The notes beneath the pieces are model-generated. The model was not told the DNA's origin, did no database searches, and saw only the letters and a list, made by a program, of their open reading frames with translations. A DNA stretch of 19,517 nt from Octopus sinensis (taxonomy: Eukaryota), in contig NW_021824228.1 of the NCBI RefSeq assembly GCF_006345805.1, positions 1 through 19,517 of the forward strand. Reading direction: 5' to 3'. The position numbers and the translations under genes were made by a program. Position 1 is the first letter of the stretch; each line of letters begins with the position of its first letter. Shown here piece after piece: positions 8,650 to 18,040 of this stretch.

Positions 8650-9066
8650 TTTTACTCTTACTCTTTACTCTTTTACTTGTTTCAGTCATTTGACTGCGGC
8701 CATGCTGGAGCACCGCCTTTAGTCGAGCAAATCGACCCCGGGACTTATTCTTTTGTAAGCCCAGTTCTTATTCTATCGGTCTCTTTTGCTGAACCGCTAA
8801 GTGACGGGGACGTAAACACACCAGCATCGGTTGTCAAGCAATGCTAGGGGGACAAACACAGATACACAAACACACACACACACATATATATATAGATATA
8901 CATATATACGACAGGCTTCTTTCAGTTTCCGTCTACCAAATCCACTCACAAGGCATTGGTCGGCCCGGGGCTATAGCAGAAGACACTTGCCCAAGATGCC
9001 ACGCAGTGGGACTGAACCCGGAACCATGTGGTTGGTTAGCAAGCTACTTACCACACAGCCACTCCT
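8650..9066 (-). mobile_element. CORE-type SINE (OR2-like), essentially full length
   Basis: Head, CORE-like motif, TA/CA linker, body and AGTAAAAG-repeat tail are all present. Confidence 0.9.
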
Positions 9067-9217
9067 ATGAAAATAAATACCCATCATGACTACCCGTCTG
9101 ATAAGGGTACACCAGGCACATGCATCACAACCATATGTGCGCAACATGGTGATCTCATATCAAGATAACCAGCGCATGACCTTGCAGGTGGGGCCCAGTT
9201 AGAATTTTCTTCAGGTT

Positions 9218-9400
9218 GAATAGTCAAGCAAATCGACCCCCAGTACTTATTCTTTGTAAGCCTAGTACTTATTCTATCGGTCTCTTTTGCCGAACCACTA
9301 AGTTACGGGGATTTAAACACCACCATTGGTTGTCAAGCGATGTTGGGGGAGGACAAACACAGACACGCAAACATACACACACACACATATATATATATAT
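9218..9400 (-). mobile_element. CORE-type SINE body/tail half (its head is probably 9907-10072)
   Basis: aaatcgacccc...attctatcggtctcttttgccgaacc...gacaaacacagacac matches the family body and stops at the (TA)n linker. Confidence 0.8.
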
Positions 9401-9617
9401 AATGGTGTTATTGAGACCCAAAGGTGTCAGGTAATGCTGAATGAGTGCTATAGACAGACCATAGTTAAGTTCCAGATTCGGTAATATTGCGAATAAGGGG
9501 TTCAACGTTGGTTCTATGTCAGCGTGTGTATATAAGAATTTTTTGCATAATGAGATAAAAAAACCAAGGCTGTGTATCTCATCTAAAATAACTATGAATT
9601 AACTTTCCTCTCACACT

Positions 9618-9735
9618 GTCTCCGATGAAGGGATAATATTAATTAATATCCAATATTGTCCAACCCATGCTAGCATGGAAAGCGGACGTTAAACGATGAT
9701 GATGATAATGAATATCCTAGAAACAGCTGTAAGAC
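9618..9735 (+). ncRNA. Degenerate Penelope-type minimal hammerhead-like motif, interrupted by an RTE-tail insertion (9652-9710)
   Basis: GTCT-CCGATGA-A-GGGATA...TATCCT-A-GAAAC-AGCT-GT-A-AGAC. Stem I is GTCT/AGAC, stem III is the palindrome ACAGCTGT, and the triplet is GUA. The core has U4->C. The insertion is flanked by AATATCC at 9645-9651 and 9711-9717. Confidence 0.45.
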
Positions 9736-9760
9736 CTATCTATAAATGCTCTATATCTAT

Positions 9761-9904
9761 GGTTGGCGTTAGGAAGGGCATCCAGCTGTAGAAACTCTGC
9801 CAGATCAAGATTGAAGCTTGGTGCAGCCATTTGGTTCGCTAGCCCTCAGTCAAATCGTCCAACCCATGCTAGCATGGAAAGTGGATGTTAAACGATAATG
9901 ATGA
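9761..9904 (+). mobile_element. RTE-like 3' tail fragment
   Basis: ggttggcgttaggaagggcatccagctg...catgctagcatggaaagtggatgttaaacgataatgatg. Confidence 0.8.
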
Positions 9905-9906
9905 CA

Positions 9907-10277
9907 TACGATGGGCTTCTTTCAGTTTCCATCTACCAAATCCACTCACAAGGCTTTGGTCAGCCTGAGGCTATAGTAGAAGACACTTGCCCAAGGTGCC
10001 ATGCAGTGGGACTGAACCCAGAACCATGTGGTTGGTAAGCAAGCTACTTACCACACAGCCACTCCTACGCCTATATATATATATATATACATACATATAC
10101 ATACATATATACACGACAGGCTTCTTTCAGTTTCCGTCTACCAAATCCACTCACAAGGCTTTGGTCGGTCCGAGGCTATAGTAGAAGACACTTGTCCAAG
10201 GTGCCATGCAGTGGGACTGAACCCGGAACCATGTGGTTCGTTAGCAAGCTACTTACCACACAGCCACTCCTGCGCCT
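9907..10277 (-). mobile_element. Two tandem CORE-type SINE heads (9907-10072, 10113-10277) separated by a TA/CA linker
   Basis: Both end in ...cacacagccactcct(a/g)cgcct and contain ttg(c/t)ccaaggtgcca. Confidence 0.88.
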
Positions 10278-10460
10278 CTTGTCAATTTATATTCGAAATA
10301 CCAGGTTAATTCGTGACAAAAGCTATTTTACGAAATTCTTCGTTTTTTCTAAAATTAAATTAAAACAAAGGCAGAAGAATTTCAGCAGAAATGCTGTGAC
10401 AAAAGGTTTAATTATCCTGCTGGCCTAATTAACTAGATTAATGGCATTAATTATACTGAC

Positions 10461-10576
10461 CTGGGTTCTGCGTTACATCAACAATAGCAACATGGATATT
10501 CAGGTCTTCAGCCCAGCTGGTGTAATTCTCCCAAATGTCTTTGAAGCTCTGACATGCTGGGCACCATGGTGCCATG
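10461..10576 (-). CDS. TMX1: TMX1 coding exon 2 (WCPAC active site)
   Basis: Acceptor ttgcag|C, donor CCAG|gtcagt. Reads (F)MAPWCPACQSFKDIWENYTSWAEDLNIHVAIVDVTQNP(G). 116 nt, in phase with exons 1 and 3. CPAC is the TMX1-type motif. Not in the ORF track in this frame. Confidence 0.95.
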
Positions 10577-10704
10577 CTGCAATGGGTAAAACAGAGTAAA
10601 TAGAATTAGAGAGAGAGTGGCATGGAGGACTCAACATCACAAAACTGCGACAGAACATAATAATAATAATAATAATAATAATAATCAATCAATCAACCAA
10701 AATC

Positions 10705-11206
10705 AAATTCGATGACTGGCATCCGTGCTAGCAGGGTGCAAAGAGCACCATACGAGTGTAATTGTTGACAGAGCGGATAACCGGCTTCCATACCAGTGGC
10801 ACATAAAAGGCACCATTTGAGCGTGATCGTCACCAGCGTCGCCTTACTGGCACTTGTGCCCGTGCTAGTAGGGTACCAAGAGCACCATCCGAGCGTGATC
10901 TTTGCCAGAGCAGCCAACTGGCTTCCGTGCCAGTAGCACGTAAAAGGGCACCATTCAAGGGTGATCATTACCAACGTTGCCTTATTGGCACCTGTGCCGG
11001 TGGGCATGTGTAAAAAGATTCAAGCGAGGTCATTGCCAGTACCACCTGACTGGCCCCCATGCCGGTGGCACGTAAAAGGCACCCACTACACTCTCGAAGT
11101 GGTTGGTGTTAGGAAGGGCATCCAGCTGTAGAAACTCTGCCAGACCTCAGTCAAATCATCCAACCCATGCTAGCATGGAAAGTGGACATTAAACAATGAT
11201 GGTGAT
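10705..11206 (+). mobile_element. RTE-tailed non-autonomous retroposon
   Basis: gatgactggcatccgtgctag start, gagcgtgatc subrepeats, shared tail with an internal deletion, and (GAT)-like end. Homologous to 960-1421. Confidence 0.8.
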
Positions 11207-11274
11207 GGGGAAGTATGTACATTATTTACATTATTTACATTCGACGGATATTTGTCCTCATCTTGTTTGTTGTT

Positions 11275-11320
11275 AACACAATGTTTCGGCTGATATACCC
11301 TCCAGCCTTCTTCAGGTGTC
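11275..11320 (-). ncRNA. Penelope-type minimal hammerhead-like motif (sense to TMX1 pre-mRNA)
   Basis: GACAC-CTGAAGA-A-GGCTG-gagggtatat-CAGCC-GAAAC-AT-T-GTGTT. Stem I has 5 bp (one G-U), stem II has 5 bp, and the core is intact. The stem III palindrome reads ACAT rather than ACGT. Confidence 0.5.
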
Positions 11321-11680
11321 TTGGGGGAAATTTAGAACCTGGGTTCTCATTCCTAAGGAATGTGTAGAAAAAAGATAAAATGAAAAAGTGGGGTTTTTTG
11401 GGGTGGGTACAAAGGGAAGTCTTGCCACCGGGGGAAAACACTTCCGCCCATTTAAAAAAAAAAGGGAAAAGTACTGGAGTCGACCTGCTCGACTAAACAC
11501 TTTGGAGGCATTGCTCCAGCATGACCGCACTCCACTGAGTGAAACAAGAAAAGGGTGGGATTTGAAACTAGACCATCAAGGAACACAATATGGCACAGTC
11601 GTAGCGTGACAAACCTTGAAACGATATCAATTGTTTGTCAATAAAAAAAGTGTGTCAGGAGAAACGATGCATGAATGAAG

Positions 11681-12171
11681 TTAATTAGTTAGTTAATTTT
11701 TTGGCTCAAAAAGCAAAAAGCAAGGCCATGTAGGGGGACATGGAGTTATGTACAGGGTGGTGTTCATGTAATGAGTTCAGGCCATTTGTGGTCAAGGGAG
11801 ACTTTGAACCGAGCGGTCGTCGGCATCTTCACTATCTCGTCCGGCAGCTTATTCCACGGATCTGCAACTCGGACGGAGAAAGCCCCTCTCCTTCGATTGA
11901 GATGAAATCGTCGCAGATAGAGCTTTTCGGAATGACCCTGCAGCTGACGCTCTGGAGCAGGAGTGAAGAACAGCTCTTTCGAGAGGTTACACTTTCCGCT
12001 TATGATGTTGTGAGCAAGAATGAGATCACCACGGCAACATCGTTTTTCTAGAGAATAAAGGTCTAACGTCTTCAGCCTTTCTTCATAAGACAAATTCTTG
12101 AGACCATGAACCATGCGGGTAGCCAACTTCTGGACTCTTTCGAGATGCTGTATGTCTTTGAGGAGATAAGG
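11681..12171 (-). mobile_element. CR1-clade LINE, 5'-truncated 3' fragment
   Basis: ORF track 11764-12219: KDIQHLERVQKLATRMVHGLKNLSYEERLKTLDLYSLEKR..RGDLI...FSVRVADPWNKLP, a typical CR1 ORF2 C-terminus, followed by a short 3' UTR and a repeat tail. Confidence 0.88.
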
Positions 12172-12410
12172 AAAAATTACAGAAATACTGTCACTATATA
12201 GACACACACACACACACATACTCTGTTACTTGTTTCAATCATTTGAATGTGGCCATGCTGGAGCACAGCATATATGTGTATATTTATATATATTATATAT
12301 ATATTATATATAATATAGTTAATCCAAACATGAAAACACAAAGAGAAAACACCACAACGTGAGGACGTAGAACAAATATAGTATTATTGGACGCTCAGGA
12401 AAGAAGGAGG

Positions 12411-12445
12411 GTTTAACGTTTCGAGCAGAGCTCTTCATCAGAAAC
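12411..12445 (-). ncRNA. Penelope-type minimal hammerhead-like motif (sense to TMX1 pre-mRNA) within a PLE-like remnant at about 12318-12515
   Basis: GTTT-CTGATGA-A-GAGC-TCT-GCTC-GAAAC-GT-T-AAAC. Stem I has 4 bp, stem II has 4 bp, stem III is the palindrome ACGT, the core is intact and the triplet is GUU. Confidence 0.6.
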
Positions 12446-12524
12446 ATAGGAAAAGGAAAGATCCAGAGAAGGGAAGACAGAGGAAAAAAAATCGACAACG
12501 GTACACACGCGGCCATATATATAT

Positions 12525-12950
12525 ATCATCATCATCGTTTAACGTCCACTTTCCATGCTAGCATGGGTTGGACGTTTTGACTGAGGACTGGTGAACCAGA
12601 TGGCTGCACCAGGCTCCAGTCTTGATTTGGCAGAGTTTCTACAGCTGGATGCCCTTCCTAATGCCAACCACTCTGAGAGTGTAGTGGTTGCTTTTACGCG
12701 CCACCGGCACAAGGGCCAGTCAGGCGGTACTGGCAACGGCCACGCTCAAATGGTGCTTTTTACGTGCCACCTGCACAGGTGCCAGTCCAGGTGCTCGAAT
12801 GTTTTGTTCATATGCCAGTAAGGCAACGCTGGTAACGATCACGCTCAAATGGAGCATTTTACGTGCCACCGGCACAGAAACCAGACGGTGATCCTGCTCG
12901 GATGGAGCTGTTAGCGCTCCACTGGCACAGGTGCCAGTCATCGAAATTGG
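12525..12950 (-). mobile_element. RTE-tailed non-autonomous retroposon (inverted relative to 10705-11206)
   Basis: (ATC)n then cgtttaacgtccactttccatgctagcatggg..., ending gccagtcatcgaa, the reverse complement of the start of 10705-11206. Confidence 0.82.
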
Positions 12951-13375
12951 TTCAATTTCAATTGCCCCAACAGGTCTTCGCAAGCAGAGTTTAGTGTCCA
13001 GTGAAGAGTAAAAATGGAGAAAAAAAGTTACTGGTGCACTATATTAATTTCCGACTCTATAGTATAGGAATACCATCAAACCGAAAAAAAAAAAAAAAAA
13101 AGGAGTCCTCAACCTACACAAAGGATTTTTAAAAAAAATTAATCTGAAAATTAAAAAAAAAAACACAGAACGGGGTGAGGTAGGCGTGGGCGGGTTTTGA
13201 AACCGGACCGCCAGGGAATACAATACCGCTGTCGCAGCATGTCGAGGTTTGAAACGACGTCTATTGTTTGTAAATAAAGAGATATGTTTCAGAGTAAACG
13301 ATGCGTGAATAAAAAAAAGTGGGGTTGGGGTATATATACTATTAAAGGCATTTAAAACATTCCGCGCGCGCGCGG

Positions 13376-13420
<45 letters not shown>

Positions 13421-13939
13421 GTGTACATTTAAACATATTAAGAGGCTTCCATCATAGGAATCCCTTACGCTAGAAAGAACAGTTAAAGTCCAAACCACTA
13501 ATTAGGGATAATTCTCGAAGGGAATGAAAAATAAAAACATTTACCATCGAATTCCTGGACCATGGTTTCTGACTTATTTCAGCAAATAAAAATTATTGTT
13601 TTACCAGGCGAAGTCTTCATCAACAGACAACACACACACATCTATCTACAATATATAATATATATATAATATTATATATATATATATATATATACTCACA
13701 CACAAGCATACACACGTAGGACAGACGTCGTTTAATTAACGCGACTAAAGTCGTTGCCCCGTTGATGTCTTGCACCGTTGTGCACTCTTGCGACTAAAAT
13801 TACCTTACTAAGCTAAGCACAGAGTGCTGCATTGGCCACCTTCATATGCGTCTATACACACACCACTATATATACATATATATATATATATTATACACGC
13901 ACATTCCATCTCAAATTGTACCTCGTAAATATTAGAGAT

Positions 13940-14103
13940 TTTTATATAATTATATATACATATATTATATAATATTTATGACATGGGCGATTATATATTA
14001 TGCATATATATATACGGCTATGAGTATCACTATATCTATATATGCTTTCATATATATATATATATATATATAATATATTTATATATATTATATAATATAT
14101 ATG

Positions 14104-14153
<50 letters not shown>

Positions 14154-14217
14154 TCACATATATATAATATATATATATATATATATGCATACATATATAT
14201 ATATATATATATATATG

Positions 14218-14273
<56 letters not shown>

Positions 14274-14285
14274 TACATATATAAG
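13940..14285. repeat. (TA)n microsatellite with periodic GCAT(A)C interruptions
   Basis: Long (AT)n runs separated by atgcatac or atgcatcac. Confidence 0.95.
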
Positions 14286-14689
14286 CAATAAAGTGATTGA
14301 TCAATGGTTTCTGATCTACGAAAGGTTCAGCTTTGTGGACAGCTCATCAGACCACACACATATATATAAACATACAATAATGCTCGTGTGTGTGTATGTT
14401 TATATATATATGTGTGTGTGTGTGTATATATATAACGTGCGTATGTATATGGGAACATATTAACATAATGAGACTAAACTTGGAAGTATTATAATCCACA
14501 GACACTTATATATTAATATATATATAACTGTGTATATATATACATACATACATCTCTCTCTCCACACACACACATATATATATATATACACACACACGAA
14601 CACATACATATTTGGCTGTTGTTTCTAGAACATTTGTGTGATCACTGTGGACATCAACGATGTGTTGCCAATGTTTCTACATTAGCTGC

Positions 14690-14724
14690 TGTGTATATAT
14701 TATGTATATATATGCATGTGTATA

Positions 14725-14790
<66 letters not shown>

Positions 14791-15312
14791 TGTGTATATA
14801 TATGTGTGTGTGTATACATAATATATACACACGCATATATATACATAATATATACCACGCATATATATACATAATATATACACACGCATATATATATACA
14901 TAATATATACAGACGCATATATATACATAATATATACACATGCATATATATATATATACATAATATATACACATGCATATATATACATAATATATACACG
15001 CATATATATACATAATATATACACGCATATATATACATAATATATACACACGCATATATACATAATATATACACACGCATATATATATATATACACACGC
15101 ATATACATATATATATACATAATATATACACACGCATATATATATATATATATATATACATAATATATACACATGCATATATATATAATCTATACACACG
15201 CATACCTATATATACATACATATATATATATACATATATAATATATACACACCCATATATAAATATATATGTGTATATAGATAATATATATGCGTGTATA
15301 TACATATATACA
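14690..15312. repeat. (TA)n plus ~24-28-bp minisatellite (catatatatacataatatatacacacg)
   Basis: More than 10 visible copies, ending about 85 nt from the exon 1 donor. Confidence 0.93.
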
Positions 15313-15395
15313 CGCAGACACGCCCGAAGCAGGAAGACACGAGTACAGGACGGGACGAAGTGTAAGAAGGAAAATATCCAATAAAAGCTTCTCAC

Positions 15396-15547
15396 AATTT
15401 AATCATCCATTCTCCCTCGAGCACCTGGTTCCAGTTGTCGTCGGTGAGGCTGATCGCTTTCCCCTTCTGGGCCGCAGAGGCCAACGGGAGCAGCAACAGG
15501 AAGAATATTGAGCCGAGAACTGGGAAACTTGGGCTGCGTACGTCCAT
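15396..15547 (-). CDS. TMX1: TMX1-like thioredoxin-related transmembrane protein, coding exon 1 (signal peptide and start of Trx domain)
   Basis: ATG at 15547-15545. Reads [52 protein letters not shown], with a hydrophobic signal peptide and the 'ltd.nw...legewmi.f' PDI/TMX motif. Donor TT|gtgag at 15395. 152 nt, ends phase 2. Confidence 0.93.
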
Positions 15548-15650
15548 CTTTGCGTAAATCCGCCGGTTCTTTGTGCTGCCGGTGTTCAGGGAATTACTGT
15601 CACCGAAGTAGATTTGGGCCGGTGTGGGTTGTGTGCGTTTTTTAAAATTT

Positions 15651-15658
15651 TTTATATA
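15651..15658 (-). promoter_or_regulatory. TATA-like element for TMX1 (TATATAAA)
   Basis: Minus-strand TATATAAA about 105-110 nt upstream of the ATG, within a CpG-rich region. Motif and position only; no TSS data. Confidence 0.4.
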
Positions 15659-15679
15659 GAACGCAATGTATGGAACTTG

Positions 15680-16279
15680 GGTACCACTTAAGAAAAGTGG
15701 TCCCGGTGCGCGCACTCGCGTACTAGCTAGTCGTGACTAGTCGATCCTTACTTTGTGTTTTTGTGTTTTATTTAATTTGTTTTTAAGAGATTATTTACTT
15801 TACTTTACTCTTTTTTCTCTTTTACTTGTTTCAGTCATTTGACTGCGGCCATGCTGGAGCACCGCCTTTAGTCGAGCAAAATCGACCCCCGGGACTTATT
15901 CTTTTTGTAAGCCCAGTACTTATTCTATTGATCTCTTTTGCCGAACCGCTAAGTGACGGGGACGTAAACACACCAGCATCGGTTGTCAAGCAATGCTAGG
16001 GGGACAAACACAGACACACAAACACACACATACACACACATATATATACATATATACGACAGGCTTCTTTCAGTTTCCGTCTACCAAATCCATTCACAAG
16101 GCTTTGGTCGGCCCAAGGCTATAGCAGAAGACACTTGCCCAAGATGCCACGCAGTGGGACTGAACCCAGAACCATGTGGTTGGTTAGCAAACTACTTACC
16201 ATACAGCCACGACTAGTCACGACTAGCTAGCGCGGATGCGCGACTGCGCGCACAGGGACCACTCTTCTTAAGTAGTACC
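15680..16279. mobile_element. Non-autonomous DNA transposon (MULE/Mutator-like MITE) with long TIRs, 9-bp TSD and a nested SINE
   Basis: Arms 15680-15743 and 16210-16279 are reverse complements: 37/41 matches, a small indel, then 21/21. Flanking direct repeats are TGGAACTTG (15671-15679) and TGGAACTCG (16280-16288). Both ends start with GG. Superfamily assignment rests on TSD length and long TIRs. Confidence 0.72.
15795..16209 (-). mobile_element. tRNA-derived CORE-type SINE (OR2-like), slightly 5'-truncated, nested in the MITE
   Basis: Same family as 8650-9066: head with B-box-like GGTTCAGTCC, CORE-like GCATCTTGGGCAAGTGTCTT, (TA/CA) linker, and tail ending ...GACTGAAACAAGTAAAAGAG. Confidence 0.85.
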
Positions 16280-16479
16280 TGGAACTCGCAGCAAGAGAAT
16301 GTGAACGGCTGTAGTTTGTTTTATAAAGGTTGTTGTTACTGTTGTTGTAGCTCTTGTTCTAGAGTATGATTTAAGGGAGGATTGGCTATTATTTTTAGCA
16401 GGTCTAGCAACCATATAAAGGAGTCCCTCATTGATTCAGTAGGGTGTGATTTGAGGGAGATTTCACCGCTATTTCTACC

Positions 16480-16840
16480 AGGTTGCTAAATGAAGAGAAT
16501 GAATGGGAGAAAGAGAGTCTGTCGAATGCCAACCCAAAAGAGGGACCAGCAATCCGAATTCGTAGATAAAGTAATTAAGGGTTTGAAGACAGGGCAAGCC
16601 CACGGCCCATCAAGAATCACTGCTGAGATGCTTAAAATATCTGGCAATGTAGGCTATAGTCTAGTCACCCGTATAGTCAACCAGGTGATACACGAAGGAG
16701 TCATACCCAATGACTGGTGTAGCAGCACCATAGTCAACTACTACAAAGGTAAAGGTGATACTTTAGATAGAAATAACTACAGGGGTATCAAATTATTGTG
16801 CCAGGGAGAAGCACCGATGATGCTATATTACAGGTAAGCT
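16480..16840 (+). mobile_element. RTE-clade LINE ORF2 internal fragment (frameshifted, internally deleted)
   Basis: ORF track: VDKVIKGLKTGQAHGPSRITAEMLK...YYKGKGDTLDRNNYRGIKLL, the region at the N-terminus of the RT domain. Confidence 0.88.
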
Positions 16841-16844
16841 ACTA

Positions 16845-18027
16845 TAGTGACTCAGCTATTAGAGCAAGGTCATCAGCATAAAGGAGCTCCCAAGGGCATC
16901 CTGTCTTGAATTCCTCTGTTATTGCCTGGAGGACTATAATGAATAAGAGGGGGCTGAGGACTGATCTTTGGTGGACCCTGGAATTCTTCACTATACTCAT
17001 TGCCAACCCTCACCTTACTGACAACATCCCTGTGCAATGATTGTGTAGCTTTCACTAACCAATTATCCCTAGTTTCCAGATAAGGGATCAGAGGACCCTA
17101 TCAAAGGCTTTCTCCATGTCAACAAAAGCCAGGTACAGAGGTTTATCTTTGGATATGTATTTTTCCTGCAGTTGTCTTACCTGTAATATAGCATCAGTGG
17201 TGCTTCTCCCTGGCACAAACCCAAACTGCATCTCATCTAAACTAACTCTCTCCCTAATTAGTTGGGCTATGACCCTCTCCATGACTTTCATCACCTGATC
17301 CAATAACTTGATACCTCTGTAATTATTTGTATCTAAAGCATCACCTTTACCTTTGTAGCAGTTTACTATGGTGCTGCTATACCGGCCAATGGGTATGACT
17401 CCTTCATGTATCATCTGGTTGACTATATGGGTGACTAGACTATAGCCTATACCACCAGATATTTTAAGCATCTCAGCAGTGATTCCTGATGGGCCGTGGG
17501 CTTGCCCTGTCTTCAAACTCTTAATTGCTTTATCTACAAATTCGGATTGTTGGCCCCTCTTTTGGGTTGGCATTCAACAGACTCTCTTTCTCCCATTCAT
17601 TCTCTTCATTTAGCAACCTTTCATAGTAACATCTCCAGGTCTCTCTCTTTGCAGCCTCTTTAAATGCAAGTGACCCATCATCCATGGAGACACATTTCTC
17701 TCCTTTGACATCACGATTCTCTCTCACACACTGTCTTGCAACATGAGATACTTCAAGTCCTGGCCCTCAAGATGCAGAACACTGGCCAATTTTTTCTGGC
17801 TAAGTAAAAATGTCTCCAAGCTTCCCTTCTGGCGATCTGATACAGTTCCCTGCTACCACGGTTCTTCCAGTCCTTCCATGCCTGTTTCTTTTCCCTGAAG
17901 GCCCTGCCAACTACATTGTTCGACCACCACGTTACCTAAGGTCAAGAGGGGACTTTGCACCATCCACAGATCTGATCAGTAGATCTCAGCAGGTTGTCCA
18001 GTAGGAGCAACCAGTTGTCCTCCACAT
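16845..18027 (-). pseudogene. RTE-clade LINE ORF2 internal fragment (linker to RT YADD), degenerate
   Basis: Pieces read KEAAKRETWRCYYERLLNEENEW, NYRGIKLLDQVMKVMERV...QFGFVPGRSTTDAI...AFVDMEKAFDRV, and WELLYADDLALIAES at about 16850-16895. Contains stops and frameshifts. Confidence 0.92.
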
Positions 18028-18040
18028 TATATGATGCTAT

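Noticed and set aside
13160-13260. Vault or other Pol III RNA suggested by GGTTTCAAAACCC and a T-tract on the minus strand
   Set aside because: The B-box match is poor, and there is no convincing A box or terminal stem. Kept only as an unexplained CpG island.
13942-15395. Multiple YI/CI-repeat ORFs up to 231 aa
   Set aside because: (TA)n and minisatellite artefacts.
15548-15715. 56-aa N-terminal extension of exon 1 in the ORF track
   Set aside because: The 'start' at 15715 is GTG inside the MITE arm. The first ATG is at 15547 and gives a normal signal peptide.
15704-15730. Helitron 3' end (GC hairpin followed by CTAG) in each MITE arm
   Set aside because: The resemblance is real, but paired inverted arms with a 9-bp TSD fit a TIR transposon better. 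Helitrons make no TSD.
16490-17727. A second host gene encoding a reverse transcriptase
   Set aside because: The fragments have frameshifts, stops and deletions and no splice structure. They are decayed RTE LINE copies.
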